Source of the DNA: Octopus vulgaris
Taxonomy: Eukaryota
Assembly: GCA_951406725.2 (NCBI GenBank)
Contig: OX597815.1
Span: forward strand, 1,426,001-1,490,000
DNA length: 64,000 nucleotides
Direction of reading: 5' to 3'
The notes under the pieces are model-generated. The model searched no databases. It saw only the letters and a program-made list of their open reading frames with translations, and was not told where the DNA came from. Of this stretch, positions 50,017 to 62,199 are shown piece by piece; position 1 is the first letter of the stretch, and each line of letters begins with the position of its first letter. The translations under genes were made by a program, and so were the position numbers.

Positions 50017-50295
50017 AGATGTGTGTGTGTGTGATGTGCGTGTGTGTGAGAGGATGTGCATGTATGTGTATGAGGATGTGCGTATGTGTGTGAGAATGTG
50101 CGTATGTGTGTGTGAGGATGAGCATGTGTTTGAGGATGTGCATGCGTGTGTGTGTGAATGTGCGTATCTGTGTGTGAGGATGTGCGTGAGGATGTGCATG
50201 AGTGTGTGAGGATGTGCATGTGTGTGTGTGAGGATGTACGTATGTGTGTGAGAATATGCATGTGTGTGTGTGAGGATGTGCATGTGTGTGTGTAT
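50017..50295. repeat. GT-rich minisatellite (GTGTGAGGATGTGCAT units)
   Basis: About 11 degenerate copies interspersed with (GT)n. Confidence 0.85.
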
Positions 50296-51074
50296 AAACC
50301 CATCACTGCTGTTCAACATTCACTTTCCCACATGTGCCACATGTATGGGTGGCACAAAATCTGTTGAGATGAATCTAGCTGGATGCTCTTCCTGTCACCA
50401 ACCTCCACCTGTTTCTAATAAAGGTAATATTCTGCCCCCCCACCCTCAATCAGACATACTTTCACAAAAGATTGGGAAGCAAAGACTGTTTTGATGTCAA
50501 GCCAAGGACACAGTAACGCACACACACATTTAATCTTTCACTTGTCATCAGACTGTGGCCAGGCTGGGGCACCACCCTGAAGTTTTATAGTCAAACAAAT
50601 CAATCCCAGTACTTATTCTATTGGTCTCTTTTGCCAAACTGCTATGTTACAGGGATGTAAACACACCAACACTGGTTGTCAAGCACTGGTGGGGGACAAA
50701 CACAAACACACAAATGTATGAGAGGCTTCTTTTAGTTTCCATCTACCAAATCCACACACAAAGCTGTGGTTAGTCTGTGGCTATAGAAAACACTTGTGCA
50801 AGGTGTCACACAGTGGGACTGAACCAGAACCATGTGGCTGGAAGCCAAATTTCTTACCACACGCCCACAAATATATCTGTATCTACACACACACACACAC
50901 ACACTGTTCAATGTAATTTCAATCAACTAATTGTCACTGATGAAGTCTTGGATGGCCCAGAGTGAAAGTAGAAATCACTTGGCCAAGAAGTGGGTTGGAA
51001 CCTGGAACCATTAGCAGCATTGAGGTTTGAAATGGTAGAATGGCAGCAGAGGTGTCTTTAGATGGTCTCACCAT

Positions 51075-51105
<31 letters not shown>

Positions 51106-51314
51106 ACACACACAGTGATACAGACTTATAGGCAAGGAATGAATATTTATGCCCCACCCCACGTTGTAGCAGTGGAATATAAAGAGTAAAGTGAGATCAA
51201 ATATCCATCAATGGGTGATTAAGTGATTTGAGCAAAAGCAGGGCACAATAAGTGCAGCGTGTAGACATTAGGGCCTTCCCTTCACAGCTCAGAAAAGCTG
51301 AGAGTTTGACTTAC

Positions 51315-51483
51315 CTTGTGGGTGCATCATTGGTTGTGGGGGTGGGGGTTGCATATCAGGTGCCGTGGGGTAAGGAGCGGCTGGATAGTATGCTCCTGGG
51401 GCTGATGGTTGAATGCCACTCTTTTCAGGAAGAGGATAGGAAACTCCAGGTGCACCGGGATATGGAGGAGGTGGGTCATTCAT
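51315..51483 (-). CDS. LITAF: LITAF/CDIP1-like gene, first coding exon (MNDPPPPYPG...QPSAP...YPTAP...MMHPQ)
   Basis: Acceptor ttttgttcttcAG (exon starts 51511), start context tcaccATG at 51483, phase-1 donor G|GTAAGT at 51314. Encodes PPPY, PSAP and PTAP motifs typical of LITAF/SIMPLE N-termini. The symbol denotes the family; LITAF versus CDIP1 orthology is unresolved. Confidence 0.9.
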
Positions 51484-52580
51484 GGTGACTGATTCTCTCT
51501 TTCAAATGAATCTGAAGAACAAAAACAAAAAATAAAAACAATTTAATCTTAACAACAACAACAATAACAACAACAACACTACAGTTGAAAGATTTTAATG
51601 TCCACTTTCCTTCCATTCTTGTAGGGGTCATAGGGAATTTGTTGTGACAGATTTGTCTACAACTGGATGCTCTACCTGTTGCCAACCCTACTTCCAAACA
51701 GGGTAATATTTCCCCATGGCCAGACACGTTTTTCACAGAAGACTGGGAATGGACAACCCCACTTGTATGACGGGGATGCTCTTTTACAACAATCATGGGA
51801 TGTCAACACAAGGACCCATGCAAACACACATACAAAGGGCTTTAACAGCCTAAATATTATCTTTTGGTACTAATACTGCTTCTGTAGCCATTATTCTTTA
51901 ATAATCCCATGTGCTATTTGCAGTACCAGGGCCTGATTAGGCACCAAGATTCTAAGTATATCATTGATGGACGAACTACTGCTATCTCTAGCTTTGGATG
52001 TCTACCACTGACAAAGGCAAGGAAGGCTGAAATCACATGATCTGGTGGTCCCAGCAGCAATAGAAGCTGATTATCTCCTGCTAACAATATAAACGAGAGT
52101 GCTTATATGCACCAAAAGGTTCTCTCATGGTGGCTCCTGCAGTTTTCTGTGTTCTAAAACAACATCCATTTTTAGTGGGGATAAATGCTACCATTTGCTT
52201 CTGTCACAATTTCCATCAACTAAATCAGCTCTTTGGGCTTTGGTCAACTTGGGGCTACGGCAGAAGACCCTTAGGTCAAGGTGCCATGCAGTAGGACTGA
52301 ACCCAAGTCCACGTGATTGGGAAGTAAGCTTATCAACAATTTAATCCTCCAGTTAAAACAACAACAACAACAATACAGCAATATTTATACAGCTATAGTG
52401 GCCACTGCTTATGAATGGAACGCTTCAAAGAGCCAATATAAGAAATGTCTAAAGATTGGAATAGGATTAGTGGCAGTGTTGAGGTAGAAGAGAAGAATCT
52501 GACATTTGAGATGTGATGGTACTTGACACAGGTTGCCAGGCAACGACACATGATAAGAAATGATAAGAAACCAGACTAAA

Positions 52581-52857
52581 TAATTATTATTATTATTATT
52601 ATTGTTATTATTATTATTATCATAATTGTTATTATTATTATTATTATTATTAATTGTTATTATTATTATTATTATTATTGTTATTATTATTATTATTATT
52701 GTTGTTGTTGTTATTATTATTATTGTTATTATTATTATTATTATCGTTATTATTATTATTATTATTATTATTGTTATTATCATCATCATTATTGTTATTA
52801 TTATTATTATCATTATTGTTATTATCATTATCGTTATTATTATTATTATTATTATTT
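52581..52857. repeat. (TTA/TTG/TCA)n microsatellite
   Basis: Direct inspection; similar tracts at 40813-40860, 41025-41082 and 57081-57230. Confidence 0.95.
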
Positions 52858-53071
52858 AAGGCAATGAGCTGGCAGAATCATCAGCACACTGGATGAAATG
52901 CTTAGCAGTATTTTGCCTGTCACTATGTTCTGAGTTCAAATTCCACCGAGGTCGACTTTGCCTTCCATCCTTTTGGGGTTGATAAATTAAGTACCAGTTA
53001 CACACTGGAGTCAATATAATCAACTATCCCACTCTGCCACAATTTCAGGCTTTGTGCCTATAATAAAATGG

Positions 53072-53075
<4 letters not shown>
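52858..53075 (+). mobile_element. SINE family with a GCCTTYCATCCTTTYGGGGTYGATAAATTAAGTACCAG core (Nin/Deu-domain-like)
   Basis: Head GAGCTGGCAGAA...GAGTTCAAATTCC. Related copies at about 3570-3780, 14000-14222, 19330-19535, 23330-23550, 30180-30416, 57915-58150 and 58450-58645. The domain assignment is from memory and was not searched. Confidence 0.6.
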
Positions 53076-53106
<31 letters not shown>

Positions 53107-53659
53107 CATTATTAGTTGAGGTGGTGAGCTGGCAGAACTGTGAGCACCACACTGGCCAAAATGCTTACATTTCGTCCATCTTCACCTTCTGAATTCAAAT
53201 TTCACCGAGGTCGACTTTGCCTTTCATTCTCTCAAGTACCAGTTGCACACTGGGGGGGTCGATGTGATCAACTTCCTCCACCCCCAATTGCTGGCCATGA
53301 ACCAGAATTTGAACTCACATCACCAAAGTGAAGCTTGGGTACAAATATGCAAAGCCCAGTGTACCCATCATGACTACCTGTCTGATAAGGGTACACCGGG
53401 CACATGCATCACAACCATATGTGCATAACATAGTGATCTCATATATCAAGATATGAATAATATATAGTCTACTGACTAATTTTTCTACATGCTAGGCCAC
53501 TGGGAGTAAAAATTTCTAAAATCTTTTCTTACCCTAATATTATTAATTATATATATATATATGTTTGTGTGTGTGTATGTTTATATATATATGTGTGTGT
53601 GTATGTGTGTATGTATATATATATATATATATATATAATTTAAATTATGAGAAATTAGA

Positions 53660-53916
53660 TATTAATTTTGATCTCCATGTGTCCAACACACGTGGACATG
53701 CCTACAAAGTCAGAAAACAACACAGCTCCCATGACTTTCGGAAACATTTTTTCACGCTCAGAGTTGCTGAAGCATGGAATAAACTGCCTGCGTCAGTTGT
53801 TGACTGCCATGACACTGCATCCTTTAAGGCCCTCATGCTTTCCGAAATCCGCCGAAACTACACCTGATTATATATACACTTTAGATGAGTTGTAGTGCAC
53901 CTGAGCACTGTACACA

Positions 53917-53958
<42 letters not shown>
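53660..53958 (+). mobile_element. CR1/L2-like LINE 3' end with (TTA)n tail
   Basis: Translation NTRGHAYKVRKQHSSHDFRKHFFTLRVAEAWNKLP is the typical CR1-group ORF2 C-terminus. Confidence 0.85.
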
Positions 53959-53961
<3 letters not shown>

Positions 53962-56900
53962 ATTGATTTCACAGCAGTGGTCTAGCATATAAAAAAAACT
54001 GAAGGTTCAGTAAAATTGTATTATATACATATTAGAGGGAAACCATTATGTGGACACCCTTTTTAATTTTAAATTTAAGTTAATACGTTCTCTGACCGGC
54101 AAAGGCCACTGCAGTAGAGTATTATCTGCAGCATCAGTTTTTCCGGTAATTTAGCATGCCAAAACGAGGGCATTTGAAATAGTAATCATGAGTGTAATGG
54201 GTAGAACTGTTTACAAATCTAACTTTGTGTGGACATCCTAGTATGCAGTCCTGCAAATTATATAAATCTGGATGGTCGCACCGATGATCTATGGACATTT
54301 ATGTAAGTAAAATTACATAATATGTTAATAGTGAAACATGTTTGCGAATAATCCATATTTTCATTGCTTTTCTTTTATCTTGCTCGATTACGTTTTGGTT
54401 GTTTTGCTAAATTTTTCTTGAGAAACCATGGAAACCAGGCCAGAGCAGACATGACATGGAGCCTGGTGCAGCTCTCCAGCCTCGCCAGTTCCTGTCAAGC
54501 TATCCAACCCACGCCGGCACATGGAAAACGGATATTAAATGATGATGATATTGCTAAAAGAAGTCCTGAAAGAGTGAACATTCGTATGTAGTGCTCCAGC
54601 ATGGCCACAGCCAACTGACTGAAATCAGTCAAATAACATTATTGACTTAAGAGAAATGAAAGTTAAAGTTGATATTGGTGAGACTTCAACTCAGAATGTG
54701 GAATGGTGAAGCACAAAAAAAGCAGAACCGAATCATTTTGGTAATTTGGAGGAATCTAAGCAAATCAACAATTATGGCACCAATGTCTATTATTCTAACT
54801 GAACACCAATTAACAGATTGGCCAACAGCAGAAATAAGAACAGGACTAGAAATACCACAGAATTCTCCATTCCATTCTTAATATGATGGAATCTCAAAAT
54901 GGTCCAATGAAAACTAAGTCAATATCTTAACTTTCTTACTCTTCTACTTGTTTCAGTCATTTGACTGTGGCCATGCTGGAGCACCGCCTTTAGTCAAGTA
55001 AATTGACCTCAGGACTTATTCTTCGTAAGCCTAGTCCTTATTCTATCGGTCTCTTTTGCCGAACCGCTAAGTTACGGGGACGTAAACATGCCAGCATCGG
55101 TTGTCAAGCGATGTTGGGGGGACAAACACAGACACACAAACGCATATATACATATACATGACGGGCTTCTTTCAGTTTCCGTCTACCAAATCCACTCACA
55201 AGGCTTTGGTCGGCCCGAGGCTATAGAAGAAGACACTTGCTCAAGGTGCCACACAGTGGGACTGAACCCGGAACCATATGGTTGGTGCAGACATGGTTCC
55301 AGGTTCAGTCCCACTGCGTGGCACCTTGGGCAAGTGTCTTCTACTATTGCCTCAGGCTGACCAAAGCCTTGAGAGTGAATTTCATCATCATCATCATCAT
55401 CGTTTAACATCCATTTTCCATACTGGCATTTGTTGGATGATTTGACTGAGGTCTGGAGACCCAGCAGGCAGCACCAGGCCCTAATCTGATCTGGCAGTGT
55501 TTCTACAGCTGGATGCCCTTCCTAATGCCAACCACTCTCAAGAGTGTAGTGGGTGTTTTTTACATGCCACTGGCACAGGAGCCAGTCAGGCGGGCCTGGC
55601 ATCGATCACGTTCGGAAGATGCTTGGTAGACAAAAACTGAAAGAAGCCCAGCATGTGTGTGTGTTTGTCCCTCACCAGCATTTGACAACCAATGTTAGCA
55701 TGTTTATGTTTCTGTAGCTTAGCAGTTTGGTAAAAGAGAATGATAGAATAAGTACCAGGCTAAATAAAGGCGTTGCTTCAGCATGGCCACAGTCCAGTGA
55801 CTGAAACAAACAAAAGATGCAAAGAACAGTAGGGTCCTTGTTGAAACATCACAGAACTGTTGTGCTTCTGTGGTGGATTACAACCAATATCTTTGCAGTG
55901 TGGTTTTTAAATGGCTCAAATGAGAGTTCCGCTTGACCGGATCCAACAAATGATGTTAGGTGAAGTCATTAAACAATTATAACTCGAACAAAATTATGAC
56001 AAAACTCTGGGTTCCATAATCGATCTTCTTCCGTTGCTTTGCACAGTAACAATATCCACAGACAATATGGAATAATCCATTGGTCACATGACTAATTATT
56101 CTTGGATATTTCACATTTTATTTGCATTTTATTACTGGTTCTGAAGACTTAAATTTGTAGTTGTCATAGCAACAACTTCTAATGTTACTTCACACAAACT
56201 GTTGATGCTGAACAGGCTACCATTCATGGAATGAGATGTCTTGGATTCTGGAATTGGTTTGACACTTCTGCAGCAGAGGTGGCTGTGTCACATGCAGAAT
56301 GAATTGTAGTTCCATAAATTTTCAGAAACAAGTAATTTCCTGAGTAATTGTCAACCTTGAGCTAACGAACTGGTTATTAATTAGTCATATAATTAATTGA
56401 AACCTTGGGATATTCTTATTAACAGATTCTCCAAATAGTGAAGGACCTGGCAGTTCATTATTTATCAGACAATGTTTAGACCAAGCTCAATCTTAATTAC
56501 ATAGATATGTGATGGAAGACAATCCAGATATGACCAATCAGTCAGTTTTTGGAATTACACATCAAAGTGTGCATCACCCAAAATAACTTTTCTTTAAAGA
56601 CAGATGGTTGTGATTTGAAGGCAATTTGGCTGCTGTTTTTAGCAGGTTGGGAAACCACATGGAGGCACCTACACTGGCCGGATGTGTCTTCTGTCGTCTG
56701 TTAAAAGCTATCAGACCGCAGTTGGTTGGTTTCAGCAAGTCGAGTGATCACATGACAGGTCTTCTAGTAAACCGACTGAAGAAGTAAATATATATATATA
56801 TATATATATACACATTCATATATATATATATATATATATAGGGAGAGTTTACAAAAAAAAAAACAAAAGACGAAGACAGGTGGTGTACAAAACAAACAGA

Positions 56901-57078
56901 TGTATTAGTATAACGCTTGGGAATAGAAAAAGGTCTTTTATGTTTCGAGCCTACGCTCTTCTACAGAAAGGGACACAGAAAAAACAAGGAGAGAGAAAAA
57001 GGAGAAAAGAAAGAGAGAAAAAATATATAAATATATTTATATCTTGTCGAATTATTGTCCATTGAAAAGGCAGCAATT

Positions 57079-57109
<31 letters not shown>

Positions 57110-57195
57110 GGATAATAATAATGATAATAATAATAATAATAATAATAACAATAATAATAATGATGATAATAATGATGATACTAATGATGATGATA

Positions 57196-57226
<31 letters not shown>

Positions 57227-58167
57227 TAATGCTACTCCCACCACCATTGCTTAGCAACAGAATCGTTAGGGAAATGAATACTTTAGCTTGTTTACAACAC
57301 CTGACTGACAGGTAATTTAAGAAATCCAATATAAGCTTTTTTCAGTGAAGGAAGTTTGCCAAAACAAAATTAATGCAAAAGTCATTCTACATGTTTGCAC
57401 AAGAGATGGAGAAGTGGGTGGGGGTTCATTACTGGGTATTGATTAGTTATAACCAACAATCAGAAAGAGAAAGAGAGAGAGAGGCCAACAACAAGAAGAA
57501 CAATAAAAATAATTTGTAACAGGTATAAAGATTACCATTTTCAAATCTGACCCTGTTAGAACTGGTGCCACATAAAAAGCACCCAGTCCACTCTGTAGAG
57601 TGGTTGGCATTAGGAAGGGCATCCAGTAACCATAGAAACCATGACAAAGCAGACACTAGGACCTGGTGTGGGCCCTGAACTTGACAGCTCCTCTCAAACT
57701 GTCCAACCCATGCCAGCATGGAAAATGGATGTTAAATGGTGATCTTTTTTTAAATCACAGGTGTAACTGTGTGGTCAAGAAGCTCACTTTCCAACCCTGT
57801 GTTTCTGGGTTCAGTCCCACAGCACAGCAACTTGGACAAGTGTCTTTCACTGTGTGCTCCAAGCCAACCAAAGCCTCATGAGTGGATTCATTAGACAGAA
57901 GCTGAAAGAAGCCTTAAGGTGGAGGGAGCTGGCAGGAACGTTAGCACGCCGAGCAAAATACTTAGTGGTATTTCGTCTGCTGCTACGTTCTGAGTTCAAA
58001 TTCCACCGAGATCAACTTTGCCTTTCATCCTTTTGGGATTGATTAAATAAGTACCAGTTACACACTGGGGTTGATATAATTGACTTAATCCCTTTGTCTG
58101 TCCTTGTTTGTCTCCTCTGTGTGTAGTCCCTTGTGGGCAGTAAAGAAATAAGAAACTGAAAGAAGCC

Positions 58168-58221
<54 letters not shown>

Positions 58222-58934
58222 TTTACTACTTTCAGTCATAGAACTGCAGTCATGCTGGAGCACCACCTCAAAGAATTTAGTCAAACAAATTAACCTCAGT
58301 ACTTGACTGGTACTTTATTCTATCGACCTCAGGAAGATGAAAAGCAAAGTTGACCTCAGCAGGATTTGAACTCAAAACGTAAAGATCTGAGACTAATACA
58401 GTAAAATATTTCTTTTTTATGCTCTACTTGATTCTACCAATCTACGGGTTTCAAACTTTGGCACAAGGCCAGCAATTTCAAAGGAGGGGTTAGTTGAGGA
58501 CATCATCTCCATTGCTCGACTGGGATTTATCATATCAACCCAGAAAGGATGAAAGGCAAAGTTGACCCTGGCAGAATTTGAACTCAGATTGTATGCTATT
58601 AAGCATTTTGTCTGGTGTTGCTAATGATTCTGCCAGCTCACTGCTTTATACAACAACAGAATCACCAAGCTTTGATGGTGAACAATGAAACTGAACCAAG
58701 ATAAACAGGTTGGTGAAAACTCTTCAGGTTTCCCCCATCAATAAATGTATATTCCCAGATGACTTGCTTTCAACAACCATCTTACATTTTATATTAATAT
58801 CTTTGTAACCCAATCGGAAGGGTATTCCACAGAGATTAGCTTCAATCAGCTGCCTTGAATATGGTGGAATATCAGGTTTGTTGCAAACAGAACAAACTAT
58901 GGAAGGACAACCATCCACAGTGGTGTGTTTTGTA

Positions 58935-59770
58935 CTGAATCAAAAGTTTTGCAGAGTTTTGGTGGTAATTTACTTGCTTTCTCAAGTTACGACAAAATCA
59001 GCCAAGCATTCAAAGTAGAGGCCACTGTGTTGGATTGTCTGAAGCCACCTTTCAGACAGTTCTTTGATTCTATGCTGATATCAGTTCTTGTCTTTCAGGA
59101 CAAAGAATTCCTTCACTGAAGCTTTCAACTCCTCTGAGTTGATGAAGTGTTGTGAGTGCAGAGAGAGAGTCATGGAACAGAACAAATAATAATCGGAGGG
59201 AGTAAGGGGCCGGACTACAGGCTGGGTGTGGCATTAGTTTGACTCCCCTCAAGTTCCTGGAGATTATTCTGGGTCATATGAGCTCACTTCCTGTTAACCA
59301 ATGCTGAATATTTCTGCCACATAATCGCATGCATCCACTCCAGTTGTTCAAAGGAGAGGTTGGCATTGAGAGTTCAACCATCCGAAATAAAGTCAGTGAA
59401 TTATCTCATCATCATCATCGCATCAAACGCAGAGCAAGCATCACCTTGTGTTTGAAATGCCCAGAAGCTGGCCCTTGCTTAACCCCTGCTTAACCCCTGT
59501 TAAGATTGTGGAAAAGTGTCTCTCTTGGATTGTTATTTGTTCTGATCCGTGGCACACTACCTGCGCTCAACGAAGACGAGGTGGAAGGTTTAGTGATGGA
59601 GTTCTTTGCCTCGAAAGACAAGAACTGATACCAGCACTGGATCAAAGAACTGGCAGAAAGGCGGCTTCAGATGGTGTAAACACAATGGCATCTACCTTGA
59701 ATGCTCGGCTGCTTTTGTTGTAAGCGGATAAAGCAAAAAAGTTAGCAAAATATTGCAAAACTTTTTCTGC
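58935..59770. mobile_element. degenerate mariner derivative with two transposase 3' ends in opposite orientations
   Basis: Minus strand encodes LMPHPACSP...PSDYYLF (frameshifted); 59550-59770 on plus is an inverted homolog of 58940-59190. Confidence 0.7.
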
Positions 59771-60351
59771 TTTACAAGTTGAATTTTTCAGACCAAAAAT
59801 TCCACAGGAAATGCAGCAGAATTTGGAAAGATAGGGACAATATTTGAATGTCTACACACTATGTTGACTTATTTGCTAGAAAATATGGTGTATAAAGGAC
59901 TTGAAAGTTGTACTGACAAGATGATGGCAGACATGTAAATACTTAGATAATTACAAACAGCATAGAGTTTTACAAAGGTATCAACCTCCACACACACACA
60001 TTCACTTGATGAAATTAACTCTGTTACAAATATTGAGTATATTAATTATATCCTTTTACGTCTGCTTCCTGTGCTGGCATGGGTTAGATGGTTCATCACA
60101 GTTCAAGTCACTTGTTATAAGGAGCCACTGCTTCCATAAGCCGATGCTTGTGAGATTTGGCGTTGCTCCTACATCCGGATGCTCTTCCTAACACACCAGC
60201 CACTTTATTACTTGTTGTGGGTGCATATATTTGTGACACCAACGCTTGAGAGGTTAAACAGTCCTCAGGCAGGCAGGGCTAAAAGGACCTCATAACCTCT
60301 GCTCCCAAAGCTGACCGACTTATAATGGAAAAAGGAGGGGGTAGGCTTGTA

Positions 60352-60948
60352 CATCATCACCATCATTATCATCGTTTAATGTCTATTTTCCATATTAGCA
60401 TGGGTTGGATGGCTTGACTGGGGACTGGCAAGCCAGGAGGTTGCACCAGGCTCCAATCTTGATCTGGCAGTGTTTCTACAGCTGGATGCCCTTCCTAATG
60501 CCAACCACTCTGAGAGTGTAGTGGGTGTACAGGGGCTGGAGGGGCTGGCGACAACCATGATCAGTTGGCATTTTTTACATGCCACCAGCCTAGAAGCCAG
60601 TCAAGGCAGTGCTGGCATCGGCCCCGTTTGGATGGTGCTTTTTATGTGCCACCAACACAGGGGCCAGAGGAGGCTGGCATCGGCCACGTTCGGATGGTGC
60701 TTTTTATGTGCCACCAACACAGGGATCACAACTACAATTTCCATTTGATCTTGATCTTGATGTACTTGACTCAATAGGTTTCCTCAAGCATACCATGTCA
60801 CCCTATGATCCAAGGTACTTTTGGGTGGGCTGGGGTTGGTTATGCAACACTGGTGTAGGTTACAGCTGTGAACTCACTTTATTTGCTGGGTCTTCGCAGT
60901 CACAGCATATCTCCAGGGGTCTCGGTCTTTCACCATTGCCTCTGTGAA
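60352..60948 (-). mobile_element. RTE LINE 3' fragment
   Basis: Same UTR and ORF end as 11737-12260. Other UTR-only copies at about 10740-11192, 28915-29428, 34008-34345, 48478-48835, 55383-55620, 62697-62849 and 63300-63600. Confidence 0.8.
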
Positions 60949-61699
60949 GCTGTGAAAAGAGAAGATACACACACACACACACACAGTCATTTGTCCCTCA
61001 ATACTACTCTTGCAGTTGAGAGATTCTTACCTTGCAAGGTAAGTTGTTGATCCACTTAAAAAGCATCCAGTACACTCTGCAAAGTACACACATATATATA
61101 TATATGTGCATGTGCATGCATAGGTACCCATGAATGTGCATGCACATGCGTGTGTGTGAGCACATGCATGTATGTAGATATGTATAACTTTAGACAACAC
61201 CCCCTGGTGTTGGGTGGGGTGGCATTAAAAATCCAACCAAGACACTGGATACTCTAGAGTCTGCAACATGGTTGGCGTCAGGAAGAGAATGCAGTCAGAA
61301 AATTCAAGACTAAAAGGAATTTAAAGAGCGAGGGAGGGGGGTTGACCAACCTGTTTGGGATGGCAGTAACCCCAAATAAGGACTGAGATGAACTGTATGG
61401 ATTTGTCTAACCCATGTCAATATGGAAAGGGGACGTGTGATGATGATGATGTGTGAGTATGTGCGTGCATCTTTCACAGAAATACACAAACAAACATCAG
61501 TGAGAAAGCCAATAAACCGATAGTTTTGAATGAAGTCCTTTGTGATATTTCTTCTGCAATGAGTTACAGACACTCCCTTGTCACTACTGCCACCAAAAAA
61601 CCCCAGTGAACCATTGATTGGTTGCCTGTAATTAATGACACTAACTATTCACTAATTATAAAATTTCATAACAGACACACTATTGCAGTAGAACAACAC

Positions 61700-61735
<36 letters not shown>

Positions 61736-61861
61736 GATACACACAGACACACACAGACACACACACACAGACACACATACACAAAGACACACACACACAC
61801 ACAGACACACAGACAGACACACACAGACACAAAGACACACACACATACACACACACACAAA

Positions 61862-61907
<46 letters not shown>

Positions 61908-62014
61908 GACACACACACACACACAGACACACACACACAGATACACACACACAGACACACACACACACACACAAAGACACACAAACACACAGACACACAC
62001 ACACACACACACAC
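61700..62014. repeat. interrupted (CA)n microsatellite
   Basis: Direct inspection. Confidence 0.95.
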
Positions 62015-62161
62015 CTCTGACGATGAAATGCTGATGTCTGGTCGCCGTGACATTGGTTTCTCATTGATTTGTTATCGCTGTATCAGTCTTTGTTCACTTC
62101 ATAATGGGGGAGTGGGGATGGGGGAGACTGCTCAGGAAATCACACACACACATGCTTACTT

Positions 62162-62199
<38 letters not shown>

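Noticed and set aside
58724-58918. 64-aa minus-strand ORF in non-repetitive sequence
   Set aside because: No recognisable domain or splice context; possibly a decayed retroelement fragment
62016-62040. CTGACGA hammerhead-like core
   Set aside because: No stem II followed by GAAA in the required geometry
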